This document shows, piece after piece, positions 51,916 to 64,000 of a stretch of DNA of 64,000 bases. The stretch covers positions 40,860,001-40,924,000 of the forward strand of contig NC_086097.1 in the NCBI RefSeq assembly GCF_963921235.1. Direction: 5' to 3'. Position numbers and translations under genes: made by a program. The notes under the pieces are model-generated. The model made no database searches. It worked only from the letters and a program-made list of their open reading frames with translations, and was not told the DNA's origin. This DNA comes from Mobula hypostoma (Eukaryota). Position 1 is the stretch's first letter. The number at the start of each line of letters is the position of its first letter.

Positions 51916-54619
51916 TGCTTCCCAGGTGCCCAGGTTAGACACATCCCAGATAGCCTTCTTAAGGGACAGAGCAGCAACAGTTTTTTGGTCCATATTGGTG
52001 CCAATGACATAGGTAGGAAAGTTAATACAATTCTTCAAAGTGAGTTCAAGGAGTTAAGTGCAAATTTAAGGACAGGATCTCCAGAATAGTGATCTCATGC
52101 CACATGCTAATGAGGCTAGAAAAAGGAAGAAAATATAGTTCAACATGTGGCTAAGGAGATGATGTAGGGGAGAGTACTTTTGATTCTTGGATCATTGGGT
52201 TCTCATCTAAGCCTGGTGGGACCTGTACAAATGGGACAGTTTGCATCTGAACTGGAGGGGGACCAATACCCTTGCAGAGCTGCTCTGGAGGGTGTAAGCT
52301 AGAGTCGCAGACAGATGGGAACCTTAGTGCCAGGGCAGCTTGTGGAGGGGTTGTGGGGGAAGTAGATGTTAAGCCTCCATACAAAGACAGGAAATGAAAA
52401 GTTGAGTATGGTTGGAATAACATTCTGAATTGCTTCTATTTCAGGTAAGGCAGATGAGCTTAGAGCAAGGATGGACACGTTGAATGATGGCATTGTAGCC
52501 ATGAGTGAGGTTTGGTTGCAGGAGGGGCAGGACTGGCCGTCTCAGGTTCTGGGGTTTTGTTGTTTTAGACATGGTAGAGGAGGAGGGATTAAAGGGGGAG
52601 GCGTAGCGTTACTAGTCAGGAAAATTTCACTTCTTGTCGGCTTTTTCATTTGAGGTCATTGCAAGAAAACACTAGAAGAAAAATCAAAAGGGCTAAAGGA
52701 AGACAAGGTTGCTCTGGCAGACAAAGTGAACAAGAATCAGAAGGGCTTTGACAGATATGTTATGAGCAAAAGAATAACAATAGGCAAAATCTGAAATGAT
52801 AATACTGAGGAATTTAAAGTTGCTGTCCTTGTCAGGGTCAATGGAAGCAGGCTTGGTGAAACTGGAACTAGAGGTCACAAGTTAAGGGTGAAAGGTGAAA
52901 TATTTAATGGAAACCTGGGGTGGGGAGGAGATGTTTCTTTACTCAGAGGGTGGTACAAGTGTGGACAAGCTGCCAGCAGATGTCGTTGAAGGTTTGATTG
53001 TAACACTTTAAGAGAAGTCTGGATAAGTACATGGATGTGAATGGTATGGAGGACCATGGTCCAGGTGTGGGTCAAGGGACTAGGCAGCATAACAGTTCAG
53101 CATGAACTAGATGGGCTGAAGGGTCTGTTTATGTGCCGTAGTGCTCTATGGCTCCATGATTCTAGTTTATAATTTCTAAAGACATATTTCTTGGTGCAGC
53201 TCAATCCCCTGCTCCTCCCACTAGCTTTGAAAGATTATCTGTGGGAGAATAACATATTTAATGAGGCAATACAAAAATTTACAAGTTTCCTGTAATAGAG
53301 TTGCAGTTCTCCTGCCCTGTTTTGTTAAGTTTATAAGCAGGAGATAGCGTGATACACTGTAGATTCACTAGTCACAAACCTATATCACGAGTGCCCAAGA
53401 TGGCACATACAAAAATTTTGTTAGGACGTGGCATGCAGTGTTACCCCTTGAGTTATTAAACCCCACATATAAATAAAGAGATGCATTAAGATTATCTCCA
53501 CTGCCAACTGAAAGAGCAAGTGATCTTTTACAACCCGAGAACAGTGAGTTGTCACAAGAAATATTTCACAGAGGCTTGGTGCTAGCTGGACGATATCGTA
53601 GACCTGGTGCATATATCAGTATTTGGATAGTAAACAGTTTGGCAAGGTAGCATTGGTTTCTCTCTGCTTATATATTTTCTTTGTCATTTGTGAGTAAACA
53701 CTGGATATTCACTGATAATAACAGTAAGTACTGGACGTAGTTTAACGCCTCCATGATTCCTCATGTGAGTTATTGTTTTCAGTGATGAACTTGCTCAAGC
53801 CAAATTATAGGATTAGACTTGCTGATGAAACTAATGCTACATGCAGAGTTCTCAAAACAACCAAATACAAGCTGGATATAAAATATTTGTCAGCAACAAA
53901 AGTCCCACTGAGAGTCAGGTGTGTTTATTTTCGTTTCCTTAATGTTTTATGAATATGCACCAAAGCTTATAATTTTATATTCAGATTACTTAAGCTATAA
54001 GTGAGTTACAATAACAAACTGTTTAAAAACTTTTTTTTCAATTGTATTTTTAAAAGATTAATGTCAATGATTTTTGAACAGGTTTTATAAAATGTTTTAT
54101 TTTATTTTATCTCTGTTAAATTTTTATTAATAGCAAAACAAAAATTATACATGAAAAATCATCCTTCCGAAAAGACTGATTCGCTTCCTTAAAGTTCATT
54201 ATTATTATTACTAATTCATTAATCAATGATAATAAATAATGGCATGAGAGGTTTTTTTTGGAAGATTATTTCCAGTTTGAGCAAACACTCTCAAAAAGGT
54301 TCATCTTTTCTGCACTAGGACATGACCTGGGCTATAGTTTTATTGAGAGAGCTGAGAATGTTAGATGGCAACTGTTTATAACAGGGATTAACTGGAGGAT
54401 TGATTTAACCTCTCTTGGTCTGGCAAAGGATCTTCACTCAAAGTAAAAGCTAATTCTCCATTCCCAAGCTGCTATAGATTGATCTTTTCCACCATTTATT
54501 TTACGCCACCTGTCCACTACCACATCAATTCAAGCAATAACATTTCTTCAATGTACTTTGCAAATAAAATCTCTGTGCTCATTTAAAATTTACAGTGGAT
54601 GCACACAAAAGGTTTTCTG

Positions 54620-54885
54620 TGCAAAAGAAAGTGAGCTGGAGGATCTCAACAGGTTAGGCAGCATCTGGGGAAGGAAATGAACACAGGGCAATTTGAGTTG
54701 AGTCCCTTCGTCTGGACTGTAAGAAGGGAGGGAGTACAAAGGGATGAGAGGGATGGCAAGGATAAGAGCTGACAGGTAATAAGTGAATCCACATGAGGAG
54801 AGGTTGATGGGCAATGGTGCCAGGTGGGGGCAGGACGGGGGAGGATACCAATAGGAGCTGGGAGGTATTATGTGAAGGCAACAAA
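54620..54885 (-). mobile_element. Penelope-associated repeat with decayed hammerhead motif
   Basis: gctggaggatctcaacaggttaggcagcatc; minus strand cagtcCAGACGAagggactcaactcAAAttgccctg (54684-54719); purine-rich extension. Confidence 0.65.
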
Positions 54886-55359
54886 GGTTTTCTTGAATTA
54901 CCTTATGTATGAACATATTTTTGACATGATTTCGATAGAATACAAGAATTGCTTGAGATGAAAGTGACATAACTTTTTCTTTAGAAAATTTTGTTCTGAT
55001 TCTCATCAATTGAGAATAATAACTTAATATTCATTAATAGTGTTTTCTAGAAAAAGCTTCTCTGGTGCTGAAAACTCAGACACTGAATATGAACAGCAGC
55101 CAGAGGCACTGGAATGTAGGGTGTCGTAATGAATTACCATCAATATTCAAAGCAGAGTAGTAAATAATCGGAGATAATGAGACAACAGTTGTTTATGCAT
55201 ACTGCAAATCTATTAACAGACTGGTGAAAGGCCTGCCTTATCCTGCAGGCTCAAAAATGTTAGTACAAATATTTCAAGATTTATCTGGTAAATCTTACCA
55301 GGAAGGAAATATGCCTGGAAAATATTGCATAGATTTGTTAACCACATTGTTAAAACTTG

Positions 55360-55655
55360 GGAGCCATGGTTAGTGCAACCTTATTTAGGATGTTCCAGGG
55401 TTTGGAGTTCAATCCTGGTGCTATTCTGTAAGGTGACTCTGTACGTCCTCCCCATGAAATGAATGCATAAGTTTCCCCCCAGTGCTCTGGTTTCCTCCCA
55501 CAGTCTAAAGGCATACCAGGTAAGTTAATTGGTCCATGTAGAATTGTCCCATGATTAGGTTAGGGTTAATTGTGGTTGTGGAGTTGTCGTGGCGGTGTGG
55601 CTCGAGGAGGTAGAAGGGCCTACTCTACGTGGTATTACTAAATAAACAAATAAAC
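55360..55655 (+). mobile_element. tRNA-derived SINE of HE1/V-SINE type
   Basis: B-box-like ggagttcaatcc; V core gtttccccccagtgctctggtttcctcccacagtctaaag; LINE-like tail gaagggcct..aaataaacaaataaac. Confidence 0.8.
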
Positions 55656-55729
55656 ATGAGAAAGATGTTTTACTGATTACTCAACAGACTTCACCATTGG
55701 CAAAATAATGACTGAAGTAGTGGAAAGAA

Positions 55730-58255
55730 CAAATTGTGATTTGGATTTTTGTCTTGAGCCAAATTACATAGCTCCCAAATTACAACGGGAGGTTGAAAAT
55801 ACATGCCAAAAGGGAAATGTTACAATCGTTATGGTAGATTGGGGAAATCAGGTTGGTATTGTATCCCAAGAGGGGGGGCTTTCTAGAATGCCTATGCGAT
55901 GGTTTTTTAGAGCAGCTCATGGTTGAGCCCACTAGGGAAATCAACTACTCTGGATTTGGTGTGATGAACCGGAATTAATTAGAGAGCTTAAGGTAAAAGA
56001 ACCCTGAGGGAATATTAGTGATCATAATATGATAGAATTCGCCCTGCAATCTGAGAAGCATAAGCTAAAGTCAGATGTATCAGTATCAGGGTGGAGTAAA
56101 GGGAATTATAGAGGCATGAGAGAGCAGCTGGCCAAAATTGATTGGAGAAGAACACTGGCAGGGATGACAGCAGAGCAGCAATTGCTGAAATTTCTGGAAG
56201 AAATTCAAACGTGAAGGATATATATTGTACATCCCAAAGAGGAAGAGGTATTCTAAATGCAAGCGGCACAGCCATGACTCACAAGAGAAGTCAAAGCCCC
56301 ATGAATGCCAATGAGAGGGCATATAATACAGCAAAGATTAGTGGAATTGGGAAGCTTCTTAAAACCAACAGAAAGCAACTAAAAATATCATTAAGAAGGA
56401 AAAGATGGAATACGAAGTTAAGCCAATCAATAATATTAAAGTGGATGCCAAAAATTTCTTCAGATACATAAAGTCTAAAAGAGAGGCTAGTGTGGATATT
56501 GGACCACTGAAAAATGAGGTTTGAAACAAGGAAATGATGAATGAATAAATAAATATTCTGTATCAGTCCTCACTGTGGAAGACATAAGCAGTATGCCAGA
56601 AGTTTGAGAGTGTCAGGAGGCAGAATTGTGTGAAGTTGCAATTATTAGGGAGAAAGTTCTTGAGCAACTGAAAGAATGAAAGGTAAATAATTCACCTGGA
56701 CCAGATGGTGTACACCCCAGAGTTCTGAAAGAGATGTCTGAAGAGGTTGTGGAGGCATGAGTAATGATCTTTCAAGGATCAATTGATTCTGGCATGGTTC
56801 TGCAGGACTATTGTAAATATCACTCCACTCTTCAAGAAAAGAGAAAGACAGAAGAAAGGAAAATATATGTCAGTTAGTCTGACCTCAGTGGTTGGGAATA
56901 TGTCGGAGACAATTTTTAAGTATGTGGTCTTGAGGTATATGGAGGCACATGATAAAATAGGTCATAGACAGCGTGATTTCCACAAGGGAAAATCTGGCCT
57001 GACAAATCTGCTGTAATTCTTTAAGGAAATAACAAACAGGATAGGCCAAGGAGAACCAGCGGATGTTGTGTACAGTACTTGGAATTTCAGAAGGCCTTTG
57101 GCAAGGTGCCACACATGAGTCTGCTTAACAAATGAAGAGTCCATGGTATTACAGGAAAGATACTAACATGGATAAAGTAGTGGCTGATTGGCAAGGGGCA
57201 AAGAGTGGGAATAAAAGGAGCCTTTTCTGGTTGGCTGCCAAGGACTAGAGGTGTTCCACAGGAATCTGTGTTGTGACCACTTTTTTACGTTATATGTCAA
57301 TTACTTGGATGATGGAATTGATGGCTTTGTGACAAAGGTTGTGGACAGGTGGAGGGGCAGGTAGTTTTCAGGCTACAGAAAGGCTATAGAAAGACTTAGA
57401 TTATGAGAATAGGCAAATAAGTGGCAGATGGAACACAGTGTTGGGAAGTGTATGGTCATGTACTTTGGTAGAAGAAATAGAAGGGCAAACTATTTTCTAA
57501 ATGGAGAGAAAATTCAAAAATCAGAGGTGCAAAGGGACTTGAGAGTCCTTGTGTAGGATTCCCTTATGGGTACTTTGTAGGTTGAGTCTGTGGTGAGGAA
57601 GGCAATTGCAATGTTAACATTCCTTTCAGGAGCATATAAAAGCAAACATGTAATGTTGTCACTTTATAAAGCATTGCTGAGGCCTCACTTGGAGTATTGT
57701 GAGCAGTTTTGGGCCCTTATCTTAGAATGGATGTGCTGACATTGGGGAGAGTTCAAGGGAGGTTCACGAAAATGATTACTGGATTGAAAGGCTTGTTATA
57801 TGAAGAATGTTTGGCTCTAGGCCTGTATTCACTGGAATTCAGAAGAATGAGGATGACCACATTGTATTTTATTGAATGTTGAAAAGCCACGATAGAGTGG
57901 ATATGGAGAAGATGTTTCCTATGGTAGGAGATGTTTCTTAAGGTAGGAGAATCTAAGACCAGATGACACGGAATAGAGGGGTGTCCTTTTAGAATGGAGA
58001 TGAAGAGGAGCTGCTTTAGTCAGAAAGTGGTGAATCTGTGAATTCATTGCTGCAGGCATCCATAGAGGCCAAGTCGTTGGTATTACTTAAGAGAGAGGTT
58101 GATAGACTCTTGATTAGTCAGGGCATGAAAGGATATGGGGAGAAGGCAGGAGGTTGGGGCTAAGAGGGAAAATGGATCAGCCATGGTGAAATGGTGAAGA
58201 AGACTCGATGGACCAAATGCCTTAAATCTGCTCCTATATCTTATGGTCTGCTGGT
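55730..58255 (+). mobile_element. Old CR1 LINE, 5'-truncated, heavily mutated ORF2
   Basis: Collinear with 1460-3905 and 42586-45178; fragments SPGPDGVHPRVLKE, ITPLFKK..VSLTSVVG; tail ctcctatatcttatggtc. Confidence 0.92.
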
Positions 58256-58455
58256 CTTACAGGTTGTTATCTCTTCTTTTGTCTTCACTTGGGAGAATTA
58301 ATGGACCCTACTTCAACAAAGTTTTTGAAATGAGAATTCCACGCAATTACCGCTACTCTAGTAAAGACACTTTTTCTTGCTTTCCCTTAAATTCTCCTAA
58401 ATTTGCCTCCACTTGTTTGTTTTGATTGGGCAGCCAATTAAATCCATCCCTCATT

Positions 58456-61400
58456 AGAACCATAGAACCATAGAACCATAGAAACTACAGCACAGAAACA
58501 GGCCCTTTGGCCCTTCTTGGCTGTGCCGAACCATTTTCTGCCTAGTCCCACTGACCTGCACACGGACCATATCCCTCCTTACACCTCCCATCCATGTATC
58601 TGTCCAATTTATTCTTAAATGTTAAAAAAGAACCCGCATTTACCACCTCGTCTGGCAGCTCATTCCATACTCCCACCACTCTCTGTGTGAAGAAGCCCCC
58701 CCTAATGTTCCCCTTAAACTTTTCCCCCCTCACCCTTAAGCCATGTCCTCTGGTTTTTTTCTCCCCTTGCCTCAGTGGAAAAAGCCTGCTTGCATTCACT
58801 CTATCTATACCCATCATAATTTTATATACCTCTATCAAATCTCCCCTCATTCTTCTACGCTCCAGGGAATAAAGTCCTAACCTATTCAACCTTTCTCTGT
58901 AACTGAGTTTCTCAAGTCCCGGCAACATCCTTGTAAACCTTCTCTGCACTCTTTCAACCTTATTTATATCCTTCCTGTAATTTGGTGACCAAAACCGAAC
59001 ACAATACTCCAGATTCGGCCTCACCAATGCCTTATACAACCTCATCATAACATTCCCGCTCTTATACTCAATACTTCGATTAATAAAGGCCAATGTGCCA
59101 AAAGCTCTCTTTACGACCCTATCTACCTGTGACGCCACTTTTAGGGAATTTTGTATCTGTATTCCCAGATCTCTCTGTTCCACTGCACTCCTCAGTGCCT
59201 TACCATTAACCCTGTATGTTCTACGTTGATTTGTCCTTCCAATGTGCAATACCTCACACTTGTCAGTATTAAACTCCATCTGCCATTTTTCAGCCCATTT
59301 TTCCAGCTGGTCCAAGTCCCTCTGCAGGCTCTGAAAACCTTCCTCACTGTCTACTACACCTCCAATCTTTGTATCATCAGCAAACTTGCTGATCCAATTT
59401 ACCACATTATCATCCAGATCATTGATATAGATGACAAATAACAATGGACCCAGCACTGATCCCTGTGGCACACCACTAGTCACAGGCCTCCACTCAGAGA
59501 AGCAATTCTCTACCACCACTCTCTGGCTTCTTCCATCGAGCCAATGTCTAATCCAATTTACCACCTCTCCATGTATACCTAGCGACTGAATTTTCCTAAC
59601 TAACCTCCCATGTGGGACCTTGTCAAAGGCCTTACTGAAGTCCATGTAGACAATATCCACTGCCTTCCCTTCATCCACTTTCCTGGTAACCTCCTCGAAA
59701 AACTCCCAACAGATTGGTCAAACATGACCTACCACGCACAAAGCCATGTTGACTCTCCCTAATAAGCCCCTGTCTATCCAAATGCTTCTAGATTCTGTCT
59801 CTTAGTACTCCCTCCAATAACTTACCTACTACTGATGTTAAACTCACCGGCCTATAATTTCCCGGATTACTTTTCGATCCTTTTTTAAACAACGGAACAA
59901 CATGAGCCACTCTCCAATCCTCCGGCACTTCACCCGTAGACAGCGACATTTTAAATATTTCTGCTAGGGCCCCCACAATTTCAACACTAGTCTCCTTCAA
60001 GGTCCGAGGGAACACTCTGTCAGGTCCCGGGGATTTATCCACTTTAATTTTCCTCAAGGCAGCAAGCACCTCCTCCTTTTCAATCTGTACAGTTTCCATG
60101 GCCTCACTACTTGATTCCCTCAATTCCATAGATTTCATGCCAGCTTCTTTAGTAAATACAGACGCAAAAAACCTACTTAAGATCTCCCCCATTTCCTTTG
60201 GTTCCGCACAAAGCCGACCACTCTGATCTTCAAGAGGACCAATTTTATCCCTTACAATCCTTTTGCTCTTAATATACTTGTAAAAGCTCTTTGGATTATC
60301 CTTCACTTTGACTGCCAAGGCAACCTTATGTCTTCTTTTAGCCCTCCTGATTTCTTTCTTAAGTATTTTCTTGCACTTCTTATACTCCTCAAGCACCTGA
60401 TTTACCCCCTGTTTCCTTTACATTTCATACAACTCCCTCTTCTTCTTTATCAGAGTTGCAATATCCCTTGAGAACCGAGGTTCCTTATTCCTATTCAATT
60501 TGCCTTTAATCCTGACAAGAACATACAAACTCTGCACTCTCAAAATTTCCCCTTTGAAGGCTTCCCACCTACCAATCACATCTTTGCCAGAGAACAACCT
60601 GTCCCAATCCACACTTTTTAGATCCTTTCTCATTTCTTCAAATTTGGCCTTCTTCCAGTTCAGAACCTCAACCCTAGGACCAGATCTATCCTTGTCCATG
60701 ATCAAATTGAAACTAATGGTGTTATGATCACTGGAACCAAAGTGCTCCCCTACACAGACTTCTGTCACTTGCCCTAATTTGTTACCTAACAGGAGATCCA
60801 ATATTGTATCCCCTCTAGTTGGTCCCTCTATATATTGATTTAGAAAACTTTCCTGAACACATTTTACAAACTCTAAACCATCTAGACCCCTAACAGTATG
60901 GGAGTCCCAATCAATGTATGGAAAATTAAAATCCCCTACAACCACAACTTTATGTTTCCTGCAGTTGCCTGCTATCTCTCTGCAGATTTGCTCTTCCAAG
61001 TCTCGTTGACTATTGGGTGGTCTGTAATACAATCCCACTAATGTGGCCATACATTTCCTGTTTCTCAGCTCCACCCATAAGTACTCAGTAGACAAGCCCT
61101 CTAATCTGTCCTGCCTAAGCACTGCTGTAATATTTTCCCTAACAAGCAATGCTACTCCCCCACCTTTCATTCCTCTGCCTCGATCACATCTGAAGCATCG
61201 GAACCCTGGAATATTAAGCTGCCAGTCCTGCCTCTCCTGTAGCCAAGTTTCACTAATTGCTACAACATCATAATTCCACGTGTCAATTCACGCCCTCAAC
61301 TCATCCGCCTTCCCCGCAATACTCCTAGCATTGAAATATATACACCTCAGAAGATTTTTAGCACCACTCACAACCTTTCTATCAGCGGATTTGCTTAAAC

Positions 61401-62265
61401 TTTCAACATAATTCATTTTCACCCCAGCCACACTGTCAGCTCTGGCACTCTGGTTCCCATCCCCCTGCAAATCTAGTTTAAAGCCTCCCCAATAGCACTA
61501 ACAAACCTCCCTGAAAGGATATTGGTCCCCCTGTGGTTCAAGTGTAACCTGTCTCTCTTGTACAGGTCCCACCTGCCCCAGAAGAGGTCCCAATGATCCT
61601 GAAATCTGAAACCCTGCCCCCTACACCAGTTCCTCAGCCACTTGTTCCTCCTCCAGAGCATCCTATTCCTACCCTCACTGGCACCTAGCACAGGTAGCAA
61701 TCCTGAGATTACAACCCTTGAGGTCCTGCTTTTCAACTTCCTACCAAGCTCTCTATACTCACTGTCCAGGACCTCTTCACTCTTCTTTGCTATGTCATTG
61801 GTACCGATGTGCACCACGACATCTGGCTGATCACCCTCCCACTTCAGAATGTCATGCAATCGATCAGAGACATCCTTGACTCTGGCGTCTGGGAGGCAAC
61901 AAACCATCCTGGATTCTCTGTCACAACCACAGAACCTTCTATCTGCACCTCTAACTATCGAGTCCCCTAGCACTACCGCTCTCCTCTTTCTCGCCCCTCC
62001 CTTCTGCACTGCAGAGCCAGACTCAGTGCCAGAGATCCGGCTACTGCAGCTAGTCCCAGGTAAGTCATCCCCCCCAACAGTATCCAATGCGGTATACTTG
62101 TTGTTGAGGTGAATGGTCACAGGGGAACCCTGCTCTGCCTGCCCTTTCCTCTTCCCTCGCCTCACAGTGACCCAATTTCCTGTCCTCTGCTCCTTTGGCG
62201 TAACTACCTCCCTGTAGCTACGATCTATAATCTCCTCATTCTCCCGAATGATCCGCAGGTCTGTC
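58456..62265 (-). mobile_element. Young near full-length CR1 LINE: ORF1 SGNH esterase (61473-~62260) and ORF2 EN-RT (~61470-58542), (CTATGGTT)n tail
   Basis: ORF1 GDSIVR / HIGTND / DRLHLN; ORF2 YFNARSI, GDFN, SSDH, DFSKAFDKV, GVPQGSVLGP, FADD; tail tagaaccatagaaccatagaaccataga. Confidence 0.97.
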
Positions 62266-63415
62266 ATGAAATCCCAATGGGTCGCCACTTAATATAGTTC
62301 CAATTTTCTCCATTACCTGGGTCATGCCGAGTATCCACTACAGTGCACTCAGGTAGTTGCTATTTCATCCATCCAAAAGTGAAGCACCAGATTTGTAAAC
62401 ATTTCCAAGCACATTGGATCAGATGAGCCTGCGCACTAACTTTCGCAAGTTTTGGAGCTGTGGGAGCAACTTAAATCTTGAATAATTTTGATAGAAATCG
62501 AAACAAAATAATATAGAAGTTCACTCAAAATATTGATTTGGTTTATCTGGAGCTTACATAACACTGGTAACACTTGGAATGTTTTCAGTTAACTTTGAAG
62601 TTTACACTAGATTCAGAGATGTATTGGGATTTTGTTTCTCCAGCTTTCTGAATTAACAATTTAGCCTTGTCACAAAAAGAAAAAAGCTATAATCAACTTG
62701 TTCCTAAAATGCCTTCTGAAGCTGATAAAACTTGAACACTCTCTTTCTTCAAAGAAAAATCTTGTCAGGAAAATTCCACATTTTCTGACCGGAATGATAT
62801 ATTCTGAGTCATGTGGTCCTTTGGTAACAGAGCATTTGGTTTGCTCTGTTTACTGTGTTATGCTTCATTCCATGTTCCAAGACGAAAGATTTCACAAATA
62901 AACACTGATGCAGGCTTGACATCTGAGCTTTGTGCAAGACAGCAGTCTTTCCCTGCCTACTTAAGTTCCAACAGGCCAGTAAATAATTATTGCTGGTTGT
63001 ATTGACGTTATGACCAGGGAACCTTTAATAAATGACCAAAAGCATAACCTTATTTTGTGGGTGAATTATCTTTAACTGAGTTTGGGGGATTGCAGTAACC
63101 TTGATGCAGCCGGTCAATTTCTCCCTGCTTCTCTGCCGAATCATACACATGCCCAAAGCTGTCGTGGGTTCAATCTGCTGACAGCCAACTAAAACATGAC
63201 TTCTGGTGGCTGACCTTGTCATTCTTCCTGATGCAGCACTTGCGAGTGGTCCCAGTACTAACGTGTGCTGATAATTTATCTTTTCCCCTTCCTGACTCTC
63301 ACTGATCAGCCTGATCCTGTCTGGAAATCGGTCTCCATTGTTTAATACTTTTAGAATCATAGAGTTATAGAGCCAGACCTTTAGCCCACCTACTTTGTGC
63401 CGAACTATTATTATG

Positions 63416-64000
63416 TGTAAGGGGGTTTCGAATTTTATGTTACATGTGGATGCTAATTAAAATGGCGTCTTTGTTATGTTAATCTGGGGAATGCGGCTTT
63501 GTTGTGTTAAACGCTGAGAAAGTTTGCGCTAGCAGCTTATTTTTACTTTAGAGTGTGATAAGAGAGTGCTATTAACCAATTGGGATAGTTGTTATGGTTT
63601 TGGTGTATTTGAAGATGCTGTATGCGCGGGGTTTTGGGGCAGAAGGTGGGAGAGTGAGACAGAGGATGGACCAGGTGCTGTGAGTCCGCTAACGGGGTCG
63701 GACCCCGAGCGAGACGTTCGGCGAGGAGACGGAGACGGACTTGTGTGGAGCGTCTGGTCGACCACCGTTGTTGGTCCCAGACGGCCGGTTGAGGTGGTCT
63801 GAGGGGTCACAGGGTGAAGAAGCAGGTCCTTGAGCTGCAACGGTTTTTGTGCACGAAGAGATTGAACTTTGATAAGTGTGGCGCCTTTTATTTTCCTTTT
63901 ATATTTTATTCTCTCTTAATTATATAGTTCCAGTAATATCTATAAACTGTAAATCATTTAATTGTATCTGGTGTATTGTCTGTTATTTGGGCGGGGTGGG
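63416..64000 (+). mobile_element. Probable LTR (Gypsy-like), running off the window end
   Basis: Abrupt start TGTAAGGGG; CpG-rich middle against a CpG-poor background; AT-rich U5-like end; right boundary and TSD not visible. Confidence 0.55.

Larger units (their letters stand above)
49455..53160 (+). mobile_element. Older, heavily deleted CR1 interrupted by L1 and by a hammerhead repeat
   Basis: ORF1 pieces (WVTIRRGKG at ~49615; IGDSLVR; VHIGAND), ORF2 start GGGVALLVR and CR1 3' end at 52860-53160; collinear once the two insertions are removed. Confidence 0.85.

Noticed and set aside
55360..55440. tRNA gene
   Set aside because: Only degenerate A/B boxes followed by a SINE core and tail; no cloverleaf
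58542..59678. 378-aa reverse transcriptase ORF as a domesticated gene or retron-like system
   Set aside because: It is the 3' part of a CR1 ORF2 with upstream stops, a frameshift and a typical CR1 tail
61473..62288. SGNH hydrolase ORF as a host lipase
   Set aside because: Standard CR1 ORF1 esterase directly upstream of ORF2; homologous decayed copies at 46225-46637 and 51650-52300
63025..63360. 111-aa minus-strand ORF
   Set aside because: No recognisable domain or splice support; length compatible with chance
63566..63840. CpG-rich segment as a host CpG-island promoter or small ORFs
   Set aside because: Lies within a probable LTR; the ORFs show no recognisable homology

Overview
Eukaryotic, TE-dense vertebrate genomic DNA. 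It is most likely from a cartilaginous fish (ray/batoid), inferred from the mix of abundant SGNH-esterase CR1 LINEs, HE1/V-type SINEs and Penelope-associated repeats. The only host coding sequence I can support is one 140-bp exon (40738-40877, + strand) encoding the start of the first Ig domain of MDGA2. The window therefore appears to be the end of a very long intron, this exon, and the start of the next long intron. Roughly half the window is transposable elements: many CR1 LINEs of different ages, a full-length TSD-flanked RTE (BovB-like) LINE, an L1 3' fragment, Rex1/Babar fragments, two inverted copies of a hAT element with apparent 6-bp TSDs (one carrying a nested Charlie/Buster-type hAT), Tc1/pogo relics, a solo LTR, SINEs and a complex (CA)n satellite. 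The most notable non-obvious signal is a dispersed ~120-260 bp repeat (at least 6 loci) carrying a minimal type-I hammerhead-ribozyme motif of the Penelope/retrozyme type, best preserved at 51787-51824. Nearly all ORFs in the supplied track are TE fragments or artefacts. Family assignments come from recognised motifs, not database searches.
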